This document shows positions 9,078 through 18,605 of a stretch of DNA of 64,000 nt, piece by piece. This stretch comes from Nitrospira sp. (GTDB lineage Bacteria; Nitrospirota; Nitrospiria; Nitrospirales; Nitrospiraceae). Location: positions 1,792,001 through 1,856,000 of the forward strand of contig AP038806.1 of assembly GCA_047150005.1 (NCBI GenBank). The letters are read 5' to 3'. Position 1 is the stretch's first letter; the number at the start of each line of letters is the position of its first letter. The position numbers and the translations under genes were made by a program. The notes beneath the pieces were generated by a model. That model was not told where the DNA came from and searched no databases. It saw nothing but the letters and a program-made list of their open reading frames with translations.

Positions 9078-11378
9078 ATGCGAGACGCTTCGCCCGCGGA
9101 GTTGCCCGTTGCTGATCGACGTCTTTACGCAGAGGTCGTGGTCCCTCGCCACATCCGGAGTTCATTTACCTATCTGGTGCCCGCGCATCTACGGGCGATC
9201 CTTCGAGTCGGACACTGTGTTCACGTGCCGTTTGGACGGAGTCAGCTCCAAGGCGCCGTGATCTCGATCGATGAGCGCCTTCCGGTAGGAGTAAGCCGGG
9301 AACGGCTCAAAGAAATCAGTTCCGCTACCACGTCCGACCGACTCAATGAAATTCCGCCGGAGCTACTTGAGCTTGCGAGGCATGTCGCAGATCACTACGT
9401 CGCCCCTTTGGGGCAATGCTTGAGGTTGGTGCTGCCCCCTCCTGGCGGTGGCAAGCAGCGGAGGAGCTGCCTCAAGTTGACGATATCGGGTCGCGAGGCA
9501 CTAAGAACAGGATCCCTTGGGGACGAGGCTCGTTCCCTGCTTGAACGGTTGCGAAAGAAGCCGACGGGCATCAGGGTGACCACGCTTTTGACGCACCGCG
9601 CTTCGATGCAACGGCGAATCGTAGAAGATCTCATCGAGAAAGGTTGGGCGACCCAGGTTCAGTCACGATCTGATCACGAGGATTTTCCATCGGTTGAATC
9701 GGGTCAGATGGCGATGTCCGGTTCGTTTCCCCACGAGGAGCACACGTTTGAGGACGGCACAATGTTCCGTGCCTTTGAGTCACGTCTGCAGACCACACTC
9801 GACGACCGCCGGTCGAACACCGTCGTTCTGCAGGCCTCCCTCGCCGACCGCATGGAATATCTGTACCGGGCGATTCACCGAACGATCACCGGCGGACGGT
9901 CGGTCCTGGTGTTGGTCGGGGAAACGGATCGAGCGCGGTGGTTGGCCGACAGGCTCACCAAGCGGGGCGTCACCGTTGCCACCTGCCTGCATTCGGCTTT
10001 ACCCGATGAGACGCGCGCGGAGCTGTGGAGTCGAGTGAAGGAGCCGACGCCGCAGGTCGTGGTGGGAACCAGGTCAGCCGTGTTTCTTCCGTTCTCGTCC
10101 TTGGGAATGATTTGGGTCGAGGCAGATGGCGATACGTCGCTCAAGGAACCGCAGGAGCCTCGTTATCACGCCCGGGAGGTGGCGCGCCTACGAATTGAGT
10201 CGGGTCAAGGTGTCCTGATTCTCGGGTGTTCTCAGGTCCCGCTGGAGGTCGCCAGCCCCATGGACGACTCGGGTACGGTCATCCGCCAGGCGCCGCCGGT
10301 GGGATCGAGGCCGAACATCGAGGTTGTCGACCTCCGGTCTTTCGGAAAAGGTACGCTATTGACTCTGCCGTTGCTTGACGCGATGCGCGAGGCAATCGAC
10401 CGCCGATCCGGTGTCCTGCTCTTCCTCAATCGCAAGGGCTATGCGAATGCGCTTGTGTGTCGCGATTGCGGTCAAGTGCCCCGATGCGCGTCCTGCCGGA
10501 TTGCACTGGCCTACTCCCGGCGGACCGGGCGGTTGCTGTGTTCGTATTGTGGAACATCTACGGCTTCTCCGAGCACCTGCCCTGTCTGTTCCGGGCGTCG
10601 CCTGCAGCCGATCGGTGATGGGACTGAACGGCTTGAGGAAGAAGTCGGCTGCCTGTTTCCCGGTGCACGGGTGGTCCGAGCAGATAGGGACACCATGCGG
10701 AAGCCGTCACAGGCGATCTCAGGCTGGAAAGCCATTCAGGACCGTCAGTGGGATGTCCTCATTGGGACGCAACTGGTCCTCCGGGACTATGCCGTGCCCC
10801 TGGTCGGTCTTGTCGGGGTCGTTCATGCGGACGCCAGTCTCAATCTTCCCGATTTTCGGGCTGCCGAGCGAAGCTACCATATGCTCTGGGATGCCGCGGC
10901 GCTGGCCCGCCCGGCCAAAGACGGGGGACGCGTCATTATCCAGTCTCACCTGCCGTCTCATCATGCCATTCAGGCAGTCGTTCACCAGGATGAGACGATA
11001 TTCGCCGCCGAAGAACTTCGCCATCGAACAACGCTCGGGTATCCGCCAGCCGTTCACTTAATCGGGCTTTACGTGTCGGGAAGGGATCAGAGCCTTGTCG
11101 AGAAGGCCGCGTGTGAACTGGTCGACCGGCTCCGGGCGTCTCTGATCATGTCGGATAAGGTGCGACCGACCGGTCTTGGAGAGAATGCCGTACTCGGGCC
11201 AGTTACGCCTCCTGGCCCCAACATTCGCGGGCGGCATCGACGCCAGATCTTGGTCAAGTCTGCTTGGCGGGAACAGGGCGTGCGGTTGGTGCGGCAGAGT
11301 CTTGAACTCGTCGAGGATGCCCATCCGAGGCATATCGTTAAATTTGACGTCGACGTGGATCCCGTCGAGATGTGGTGA
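9078..11378 (+). CDS. priA: Primosomal protein N' (PriA), helicase motifs degenerate
   Basis: N-terminal FTYLVP..VPFG 3'-binding domain; VVVGTRSAVF; PRYHAREVA; LNRKGY; four CxxC pairs; LPDFRAAER; YPP; DVDP C-terminus. Confidence 0.9.
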   Translation: MRDASPAELPVADRRLYAEVVVPRHIRSSFTYLVPAHLRAILRVGHCVHVPFGRSQLQGAVISIDERLPVGVSRERLKEISSATTSDRLNEIPPELLELARHVADHYVAPLGQCLRLVLPPPGGGKQRRSCLKLTISGREALRTGSLGDEARSLLERLRKKPTGIRVTTLLTHRASMQRRIVEDLIEKGWATQVQSRSDHEDFPSVESGQMAMSGSFPHEEHTFEDGTMFRAFESRLQTTLDDRRSNTVVLQASLADRMEYLYRAIHRTITGGRSVLVLVGETDRARWLADRLTKRGVTVATCLHSALPDETRAELWSRVKEPTPQVVVGTRSAVFLPFSSLGMIWVEADGDTSLKEPQEPRYHAREVARLRIESGQGVLILGCSQVPLEVASPMDDSGTVIRQAPPVGSRPNIEVVDLRSFGKGTLLTLPLLDAMREAIDRRSGVLLFLNRKGYANALVCRDCGQVPRCASCRIALAYSRRTGRLLCSYCGTSTASPSTCPVCSGRRLQPIGDGTERLEEEVGCLFPGARVVRADRDTMRKPSQAISGWKAIQDRQWDVLIGTQLVLRDYAVPLVGLVGVVHADASLNLPDFRAAERSYHMLWDAAALARPAKDGGRVIIQSHLPSHHAIQAVVHQDETIFAAEELRHRTTLGYPPAVHLIGLYVSGRDQSLVEKAACELVDRLRASLIMSDKVRPTGLGENAVLGPVTPPGPNIRGRHRRQILVKSAWREQGVRLVRQSLELVEDAHPRHIVKFDVDVDPVEMW

Positions 11379-11807
11379 TCAGCGTTTCTTGCGGGATGCA
11401 GCGCGCACAGCCGGAGGAGGAGCGTCTGCGGCGGATCCCACGGTCGGTGCCGCCGACCGTTTAAACAATCCGTAGGAAAAGGCCAACCAAAACGCTGCGG
11501 AGAGAATGCCCATGAGCGCGGCGGAGAGCAGCATGCCCATCTGCTCGTCGGAGGGCTGGGAGGTTGTGGAACGGATTTGTTGCATCGTGACGATCGGCCA
11601 GGCGAAGCTCTCGATCCCCAACAACAAGGTGACCCAAGCCCAGATCGCGGTGATAGTTCTGCCTCCCCGTGCCAGAAATCCTAGAGAGACGGCCAAGATG
11701 ATGCCTCCTCCGACAGGCGAGAGTCGATCCCATGCCAGCCATGCGCCGATGGCCACGACGATACTGCCTGCGAACGCGTTGACGAGTTGGACCCAGAACT
11801 GGTTCAT
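11379..11807 (-). CDS. Hypothetical membrane protein (about 4 TM segments)
   Basis: Hydrophobic 142-aa ORF abutting the priA stop. Confidence 0.7.
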   Translation of the reverse strand: MNQFWVQLVNAFAGSIVVAIGAWLAWDRLSPVGGGIILAVSLGFLARGGRTITAIWAWVTLLLGIESFAWPIVTMQQIRSTTSQPSDEQMGMLLSAALMGILSAAFWLAFSYGLFKRSAAPTVGSAADAPPPAVRAASRKKR

Positions 11808-11891
11808 GCCGTAGAGCTTGTCCGATTTGGGTCAGTGTGAGTGTGAGGGATGGTTTTGTCAACGCCGGGCGGGCGGAGTGTAACGGAATCT

Positions 11892-12263
11892 TCAGGCAAG
11901 GAGCGCGGATTCAGCTGCTTCAAGTAGAGCTTTCATCTCAAAGGGTTTTTGCAGCGTGCTGTGCGCGCCCAGCATTTTGGCGACGTCCAGAAACCCAAGG
12001 ACTCCGATCATGTCGCTGCCGCCGGTAATGGCGATGATCTTCACGCGCGGCGCTTCGCGTCGCAAGACGGTGATGCACTCCAAACCATCTTGATCGGGCA
12101 TCAAGATATCCGTAATCACGACGTCCGCGGGTTGGAGGCGGTACTGCTCGAGCGCGTCTCGTCCGTTGCTGGCCTCTGCGACGCGATATCCGGCTTCTTC
12201 AAACGTGGTTCGAATCAGTTGGCGAATCTGGTCCTCATCGTCAACGATCAGAATGGAAGGCAT
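11892..12263 (-). CDS. Single-domain response regulator (CheY-like receiver)
   Basis: ILIVDDE, ITDILMP..DG, AITGG, LQKPF; GGAG RBS before ATG 12263. Confidence 0.9.
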   Translation of the reverse strand: MPSILIVDDEDQIRQLIRTTFEEAGYRVAEASNGRDALEQYRLQPADVVITDILMPDQDGLECITVLRREAPRVKIIAITGGSDMIGVLGFLDVAKMLGAHSTLQKPFEMKALLEAAESALLA

Positions 12264-12504
12264 AGCGCTCCCCGTTCGCTTCAAGGTCACATTTCGCCCC
12301 CGACACGGCTCTTTTCGGTCGTGTGCGTCTCTTGGATCACTCTAGCATCCGCTGTGTGGGAGGGCAAACAATTGGCGTCTTTCACGTGGAGAGGGGTCTT
12401 CTTCTTAATGCGGCCCTTTGGCGTGAAACCGGGAGCAGGTGGCCGATGAAACGAACCGCGCAGTCTTGTGTCGACCGGGGTCACCACGTGAGGGAAGATG
12501 ATGT

Positions 12505-12588
12505 TGGTGCCGAAGGCGGGACTTGAACCCGCACGGCTTTCGCCACACGCCCCTCAAACGTGCGTGTCTGCCATTCCACCACTTCGGC
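12505..12588 (-). tRNA. tRNA-Leu(GAG)
   Basis: GCCGAAGTGGTGGAATGGCAGAC...TTGAGGG loop, long variable arm, GGTTCAAGTCC, CCA end. Confidence 0.97.
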
Positions 12589-12594
12589 ACTTAA

Positions 12595-12715
12595 GGCACG
12601 CTGAACATGCCCTTCAACTTCGTCCTCGGTCGCCTGCTTCACTGCGACGTAACAACCTCCTACGCCTCGTTCGCAGGCTCTCTGCGGCCTCGTTCAAGGA
12701 CATGTTGAGCGTGCC
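12595..12715. repeat. About 120-bp palindromic REP/MITE-like element, copy 1
   Basis: Terminal inverted repeats GGCACGCTGAACATG / CATGTTGAGCGTGCC; internal similarity to 37358-37484. Confidence 0.8.
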
Positions 12716-12819
12716 CGAGAATTTCGCTCGCGCTGACTGCAGTCTCGTCGCAGGTCCGTTCAAAGATCCTACAGATCGTCAAACCGCCCGCATGCTCCGT
12801 GCAAGCCAGAGGGAAGCGC

Positions 12820-12849
12820 ATTATAGAAGTAGGGCAAAATTCTTGTCAA
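12820..12849 (-). promoter_or_regulatory. Consensus sigma70 promoter for tRNA-Leu(GAG)
   Basis: Minus strand TTGACA-18nt-TATAAT. Confidence 0.75.
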
Positions 12850-12938
12850 CGAAGGGAACGTTCGGTAGAATCGGTCCGCACGTCTCGAATGGGTTCTGTG
12901 CACACCTTTCGGATCATCCGACTCAGGACGACTCATCA

Positions 12939-13628
12939 ATGACGCCCGCTCATATGCTTTCCCGGTCTGGAACCGGGACTCAGGTCGCCGCGTTCTTTGA
13001 CTTGGACAATACCTTGTTGCCTGGCGAGGCCAGCGAGGTGCGATTCTTCCGGTTTCTCTGGAGGCGGAAGGTCGTCGGCTGGCCGGAATTGAAGGCCAGC
13101 GTAGGATGGCTCCTCCGGCATTCGCCCGCGATGTCGCTCCAGCCTCTCCGCGAGCACAAGTTGTATCTCGCCGGTAAGCCGGCCCAAGTGATCGAGCCGC
13201 TGGGAGAGGAGTTCTGTCGCGAGGAGCTTTGCCCCGTGGTGGCGGCCGACGGGATGAGGCGGATGGAAGAACATCGTCGTGCCGGGCACAGGATCGTCCT
13301 CATCACCGGCTCGCTGCATTTCCTCGTTCAACCTATTGCGGAGGCGCTCCGCGTCGATCGATCTGTTGCGGCAGTCCTTGAGCAGGCGGAAGGACTCTGT
13401 ACGGGCCGATTGGTTGCTCCTCTGCCCTACGGCGAAGAGAAACGAGCACTCATTCAACGGCTGTCTGCCGAGCTGGATTTCGACTTAGGGTCCTGCTTCG
13501 CCTATGTCGATAGTCCTGGAGATCTTGAGATACTCAAAGCGGTCGGCCATCCGACGGTCGTCAACCCCATCCGCGGGATGGGCACGCTCGCCGTGCAATA
13601 TCACTGGCCGATCGTGCGCTGGCGGTAG
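12939..13628 (+). CDS. HAD-IB family hydrolase (SerB-like)
   Basis: AAFFDLDNTL motif I, ITGS motif II, K and DS..D motifs; start moved downstream of the tRNA and repeat. Confidence 0.85.
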   Translation: MTPAHMLSRSGTGTQVAAFFDLDNTLLPGEASEVRFFRFLWRRKVVGWPELKASVGWLLRHSPAMSLQPLREHKLYLAGKPAQVIEPLGEEFCREELCPVVAADGMRRMEEHRRAGHRIVLITGSLHFLVQPIAEALRVDRSVAAVLEQAEGLCTGRLVAPLPYGEEKRALIQRLSAELDFDLGSCFAYVDSPGDLEILKAVGHPTVVNPIRGMGTLAVQYHWPIVRWR

Positions 13629-13666
13629 CAGCGCGCGTGAGCGACTTCCGGAACGGAACATTCGGC

Positions 13667-14302
13667 ATGCGAATCACCGAGATCTTCCACAGTATCCAAG
13701 GGGAATCCACCTATGCAGGGCGACCCTGCGTCTTTGTACGGCTGACCGGCTGTCCGCTCCGTTGCACGTGGTGCGATACGGCATACGCGTTTCATGGAGG
13801 GGAAGAGATGTCCGTTGGCGACGTGTTGACCACCGTCGAGTCATATGGATGCAGACTCGTCGAAATCACCGGTGGAGAGCCTCTGGCGCAACCCCAAGCC
13901 TTGCAGCTTATCGAGTCATTGTGTGAGGCGGACTACACGGTTCTGATTGAAACCAGCGGCGCCATCGATATTTCACCGGTTGACCGCCGTGCACACGTAA
14001 TCCTCGATGTGAAGTGCCCGGGAAGCGGAATGACGGAACGGATGTGGTGGCAGAACCTGACGCGGTTGAGCGCAAAGGACGAAGTCAAATTCGTGGTCGC
14101 CGGCCGGCACGATTACGACTGGGCGGTGGGGATCATCGAGCAGTATGGTCTGACAGGATTGTGCCCGGTGCTCATGAGTCCGGTCTTCGAGAGCCTTGAA
14201 CCACGGCAGCTGGCCGAATGGATCTTGAGGGACCGGCTGCCGGTTCGGTTCCAGCTGCAACTCCACAAGTTCATTTGGGCACCAGACGCGCGCGGCGTCT
14301 AA
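13667..14302 (+). CDS. queE: 7-carboxy-7-deazaguanine synthase (radical SAM)
   Basis: EIFHSIQGE, RLTGCPLRCTWCDT, ITGGEP, ETSG, QLQLHK. Confidence 0.92.
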   Translation: MRITEIFHSIQGESTYAGRPCVFVRLTGCPLRCTWCDTAYAFHGGEEMSVGDVLTTVESYGCRLVEITGGEPLAQPQALQLIESLCEADYTVLIETSGAIDISPVDRRAHVILDVKCPGSGMTERMWWQNLTRLSAKDEVKFVVAGRHDYDWAVGIIEQYGLTGLCPVLMSPVFESLEPRQLAEWILRDRLPVRFQLQLHKFIWAPDARGV

Positions 14303-14372
14303 GAAACCGGTTCCGGCCGTCGGTCTGACGGCCGGCATCGCACGCTCAAGCAAGCGCAAGAAGGGGAAGGTC

Positions 14373-15884
14373 ATGAAGCTGATGCAGGTTCAGATCAACG
14401 TGGGGCGGCCCGAGTCCGAGTCGGTCGAGGTTCTGGTCTTGACGCATTGTGAAGGGGAGGCTTTGGCGAAACAGGATGCCGGCGCGATCGATAAGGCGCT
14501 CGGCGGCTTGCTGCAAGGTCTCCTCCGGAGCGGGGAGTTCGAGGGGCGGACGGGCGAAACGATGCTGTTCCCCACGCAAGGCAAGGTGCCGGCGAAACGA
14601 CTGCTCTTGATCGGATTGGGGAAGAAAAAGTCGCTGACGCTGGACACCCTGCGACAGGCGATGGGGCACGCGGCTAAACGTGCGCGCCAAGCGAAAGTGG
14701 ATGCGTTCACGGTCTGCTATCCGACCTCGACGCCCAAGGGGCACTCTCCGGTGGAGATTGCTCAGGCCATGACGGAAGGCGCCGTTCTCGGCGGGTATCA
14801 GTTTATGACCTACCGCAGCGAGGATACGACCGCAAGAGACATCGGTTTCATGACCCTTCTCGTGCCGCAAAAGAGTCAGGTGCGTCAGGGCGCCGAAGGC
14901 GTCCGCCGGGGCCTTGCTACGGCGGAGGCCACGATGTTCGTCCGCGACCTCTGCAATCATCCCTCCAACGTCATGACCCCGACGCGCATCGCCGACGAAG
15001 CCAAAGCGATCGCCAAGCAGGAGCATCTTACGCTCAAGATTCTTGAGCAGAAAGACATGGAGCACCTGGGCATGGGCGCGCTGCTGGGCGTGGCCCGCGG
15101 CAGTCACGAGCCGCCGAAATTCCTCATCCTGGAATACAATCGGGCCAGGAAAAAGGATGAGCGTCCGGTCGTGTTCGTCGGGAAGACCATTACATTCGAT
15201 ACGGGAGGGATCTCGCTGAAGCCGGCCGAGAACATGGAACACATGAAAGCGGACATGACCGGCGGTGCCGAGGTGCTGGCGGCAGTCAGAGCAGCCGCTC
15301 GCCTGAAGCTGCCGCTTCGGCTCATCAGTATTCTGCCGGTGGCGGAGAACATGCCGGGAGGGCGGGCGATGAAACCGGGCGACATCGTGAAAACGCTCTC
15401 GGGCAAGACCGTCGAAGTGCAAAATACCGACGCGGAAGGGCGGCTCATTCTCTCCGATGCGCTCTTCTATGCCCAGCGCTACAATCCTGCGGCCCTGGTC
15501 GATATCGCAACCCTGACGGGCGCCTGTGTCGTGGCTCTCGGCCAGTTCGCCATCGGCATGTTCGGAACGGACGCCAGACTGAAGGACCAGGTTCGAAAGT
15601 CCGGTCTGACGGCGGGCGAACGCGTCTGGGAGATGCCGTTGTGGGAAGAGTATTTCGAGCAGCTGCGCAGCGATGTTGCGGATATGCGGAATATCGGAGG
15701 CCGCGGAGGAGGCATGATCACCGCCGCGCTGTTCCTGAGCAAATTCGCGGGCGACTATCCGTGGGTGCACCTCGATATCGCGAGCACCGATTGGAGTGAG
15801 CGGGAGCGGGCCTATATTCCCAAGGGTCCCACGGGCATCGGCACGAGGCTGCTGATTCAGTATCTGATCGATCGGAGTTTGTAG
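14373..15884 (+). CDS. pepA: Leucyl aminopeptidase (M17)
   Basis: VGKTITFDTGGISLK, MKADM, NTDAEGRL, ATLTGA, HLDIA. Confidence 0.96.
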   Translation: MKLMQVQINVGRPESESVEVLVLTHCEGEALAKQDAGAIDKALGGLLQGLLRSGEFEGRTGETMLFPTQGKVPAKRLLLIGLGKKKSLTLDTLRQAMGHAAKRARQAKVDAFTVCYPTSTPKGHSPVEIAQAMTEGAVLGGYQFMTYRSEDTTARDIGFMTLLVPQKSQVRQGAEGVRRGLATAEATMFVRDLCNHPSNVMTPTRIADEAKAIAKQEHLTLKILEQKDMEHLGMGALLGVARGSHEPPKFLILEYNRARKKDERPVVFVGKTITFDTGGISLKPAENMEHMKADMTGGAEVLAAVRAAARLKLPLRLISILPVAENMPGGRAMKPGDIVKTLSGKTVEVQNTDAEGRLILSDALFYAQRYNPAALVDIATLTGACVVALGQFAIGMFGTDARLKDQVRKSGLTAGERVWEMPLWEEYFEQLRSDVADMRNIGGRGGGMITAALFLSKFAGDYPWVHLDIASTDWSERERAYIPKGPTGIGTRLLIQYLIDRSL

Positions 15885-15885
15885 C

Positions 15886-17013
15886 GTGGCGCGATCTCAC
15901 ATGACGGTTCGCGAAAAAATCGGCCAGCTGTTCATGATCGGTTTCATGGGTACGTCCGTGACACCCGAACTCGCGGGCTTTCTGAAAACCTACAAGCCCG
16001 GCGGTGTCATTCTCTTCTCGCGAAATCTGGAGTCCGTCGGCCAGATCGTGGAATTGACCAACGATCTGCAGCAATGCAACCCGAAGTCGCCCCTCATGAT
16101 CTCGATCGACCAGGAAGGCGGCCGCGTCTCGCGATTGCCGGCCGGCTTCACGATTTTTCCTCCTTGCGAGGTGCTGGGCCGGTGCAACTCCGCCGAGTTG
16201 ACCTATGCGGCTGCCGCAACCATCGCGAAAGAGCTGCGGGCCGTCGGAATCAACATGAACATGGCCCCCGTGCTTGATGTGAACAGTAACCCGAACAATC
16301 CGATCATCGGCGACCGAGCGTTCGGGGCGACACCAAACCTCGTCAGCGAGTCGGGCATTCTCACGGCCGCCGGGCTGCAGGACAACCTGGTGGTGGCCTG
16401 CGGAAAGCACTTCCCAGGTCATGGCGATACCGCGACAGATTCCCATAAGGAGCTTCCAGTGGTGGATGCCTCTCGGGAACGGCTCGACACGGTGGAGTTA
16501 GTGCCGTTTCGGCGTGCGGCCGCCACTGGTGTGGCCGCGATGATGACCGCGCACGTGCTCTACAAGGCGCTGGACCCGCAGCGTCCCGCGACGCTGTCTC
16601 CGTTCATCGTCACGCATCTGCTGCGCGATCAATTTGGATATGACGGCGTCGTGCTCACAGACGATCTGGAAATGCACGCGATCGTCGACCACTATGGAAT
16701 CGCCGATGCCGCCGTCCGCGCCATCCAGGCGGGGTGCGACGTGCTCTTGATCTGCAGAGATCGGGAGCGTGAAGTGGAGGCATTTGAGGCGATCGAGCAG
16801 TCTGTGGCGGCCGGCGACATCACGATGGATCGTCTGGATCAGTCCGTGGCGAGAATTCAGCGGTTGAAGCAGCGCTATGTGCTCCCCTACAGGCCGGCCT
16901 CGATCTCCGACGCACGGCTCGTCGCCGGTTGCCGGACTCACCAGGCGCTCTTGCAGAGCGTGTATCAGGCGGGGGCCAGAATGGCCAAAGCGTCGATTCC
17001 GCAGACTCTTTAA
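15886..17013 (+). CDS. nagZ: Beta-N-acetylhexosaminidase (GH3)
   Basis: IDQEGGRVSR, APVLD, KHFPGHG..DSH, TDDLEM. Confidence 0.92.
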   Translation: MARSHMTVREKIGQLFMIGFMGTSVTPELAGFLKTYKPGGVILFSRNLESVGQIVELTNDLQQCNPKSPLMISIDQEGGRVSRLPAGFTIFPPCEVLGRCNSAELTYAAAATIAKELRAVGINMNMAPVLDVNSNPNNPIIGDRAFGATPNLVSESGILTAAGLQDNLVVACGKHFPGHGDTATDSHKELPVVDASRERLDTVELVPFRRAAATGVAAMMTAHVLYKALDPQRPATLSPFIVTHLLRDQFGYDGVVLTDDLEMHAIVDHYGIADAAVRAIQAGCDVLLICRDREREVEAFEAIEQSVAAGDITMDRLDQSVARIQRLKQRYVLPYRPASISDARLVAGCRTHQALLQSVYQAGARMAKASIPQTL

Positions 17014-17040
17014 CGATAATCGTATTATGAAGGAGATCCC

Positions 17041-17445
17041 GTGCCGCTGAAAAAAGGCGACCTGATTGATGAGCGAAAACGCCATCCTGACTCGTGCGGG
17101 TTGGTGGTCAAGGTAATGGGGGGAGGAGCGGGCTTCGAAAAGATCATGTGTTGTGACCATGAATTAACGGATGAGGATGTTGTTCCCGAAATCCGCCCAT
17201 CCGGCGGTCGGAAAAAGGGCGCTCTGCCGCTGGCGGTGGTTCTCGATGAAAAGAAGTTCTACCCTGATTCCTGCGGGCTGCGGGTCATGATCATGGACGG
17301 GGGTGCCGGCTTCAAGGAGATCCGCTGTTGCGGTCACTCGCTCACCGTGAGTTCGATGCGGGAGCTCAAGTACGGAGCATTGCGGGGAGCAGATCCAGAG
17401 GGGGGACCGGACGCTCAACCGAATGCGCCGGCTGGAACCGCATGA
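17041..17445 (+). CDS. Small protein with two desulforedoxin-like Cys repeats
   Basis: AAGGAG RBS then GTG; two copies of PDSCGLxVxxMxGGAGFxxIxCCxHxLT. Confidence 0.75.
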   Translation: MPLKKGDLIDERKRHPDSCGLVVKVMGGGAGFEKIMCCDHELTDEDVVPEIRPSGGRKKGALPLAVVLDEKKFYPDSCGLRVMIMDGGAGFKEIRCCGHSLTVSSMRELKYGALRGADPEGGPDAQPNAPAGTA

Positions 17446-17468
17446 TCCGGACGAAGTAAGAGGATTCC

Positions 17469-17945
17469 ATGCAGGATCGCAAAGCAGTCATGAATCGCTG
17501 GTGTGGGGTGATGGAATGGCTCGACCGGCTCGGTTACATGACGGCCGGATTCAGTCTGTTGGTGCTGGGCATGCTCTTGTTCGCCCATGCCTGGTACGTC
17601 TTCGCCACCAGGGCCGGTCAGATCGGGATCTTGCCGTCCGGTCTCAAACTGTTGAACGATATCCTGCTCGTGATCATTTTGCTCGAGTTGTTTCGCACGG
17701 TGATCCGCTTCCTCCAGACCGAGGTGCTCGATCTGGAGCCCTATCTGGCCGTCGGCATCATCGCCTGCACGCGACGTGTGTTGACCGCCAGCGCAGAGCT
17801 GTCCCATCTCCCGTCGATGAATGAAAATCAATTTTACCAATACCTCATGGACGTGGGGCTAAACGTGATGGTGATCATGGTCCTGGTCGTCGGGGTCTTC
17901 TTGGTTCGAAAACGTCCGACCCCGTACTCTGTTCCCGTCCCATAA
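17469..17945 (+). CDS. Phosphate-starvation-inducible PsiE-family membrane protein
   Basis: LLVIILLELFRTV..EPYLAVGIIACTRRVL pattern, 4 TM segments. Confidence 0.75.
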   Translation: MQDRKAVMNRWCGVMEWLDRLGYMTAGFSLLVLGMLLFAHAWYVFATRAGQIGILPSGLKLLNDILLVIILLELFRTVIRFLQTEVLDLEPYLAVGIIACTRRVLTASAELSHLPSMNENQFYQYLMDVGLNVMVIMVLVVGVFLVRKRPTPYSVPVP

Positions 17946-18197
17946 TCTCCACGGCAAACCGATCGCTCGATAGACACCCGTATCGGTTCTGCAGAAAATA
18001 CCGCCGGCTGCTCGGCTGCGCTCGCTCGGAAGAACCTCGTTGTATCGCGCTGCTGGAAAAAACCAACGGGCATCACGTAGGGGGTAGCTGAGGGTCACAC
18101 TTCGGCCGCCTGAGTCATCGTGGGGAAAGCACGCCGGTCGCCCGGCCTTGCCTGGCTCTCGGCTCTTATGGCATCATGCCGCTTCTCTGGAGTCGGC

Positions 18198-18605
18198 ATG
18201 GCCAATCTGATCGAATACGTCGGCTGCGTGCACATATTCCTGGGGCCGTATCGCGGAAACCCGATCGCGCTATACCTGAGAAGGACGGACAACCAATGTC
18301 AGATTGGTCCGAAGGTCTATCCTTGGAACCAGGTGGTGGGGACCGGAGAGACTCCCAACAAGGCTGCCGCGGATTTCGAGAACAAGTGGAAAGCCAATGG
18401 ACTGTCGGCCGACATGTACTCCGGGCCGTCATGGGACGGTGGAATCAAGCCGGAGAAGCCTGCGCCTCCCAAGCAGCCCGCTCCTCCCAAACCTGCCGCT
18501 CCGCCTGCGGCGGCTCCAACAGCGTCCCCTGCTGCTCCGGCGGCCGCGCCCCAGCCTCCTGCACCGGTTTCTTCTGCCGAGCCCGAAGGCGGTCCGGCTG
18601 CCTGA
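18198..18605 (+). CDS. Hypothetical protein with Pro/Ala-rich C-terminal tail
   Basis: GGAG RBS before ATG 18198; globular N-terminal ~85 aa then PAP-rich tail. Confidence 0.7.
   Translation: MANLIEYVGCVHIFLGPYRGNPIALYLRRTDNQCQIGPKVYPWNQVVGTGETPNKAAADFENKWKANGLSADMYSGPSWDGGIKPEKPAPPKQPAPPKPAAPPAAAPTASPAAPAAAPQPPAPVSSAEPEGGPAA

Noticed and set aside
12350..12400. GGCAAAC motifs (here and near 17953) as c-di-GMP-I riboswitches
   Set aside because: Lack the GAAA tetraloop stem and GACGCAAAG continuation
11892..12588. tRNA-Leu(GAG), and the other tRNAs, as island integration sites
   Set aside because: No integrase and no duplicated tRNA 3' end seen next to any of the four tRNAs
12498..12938. 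N-terminal 147 aa of the 376-aa ORF 12498-13628
   Set aside because: Runs antisense through tRNA-Leu and the palindromic repeat; HAD homology starts only after ATG 12939
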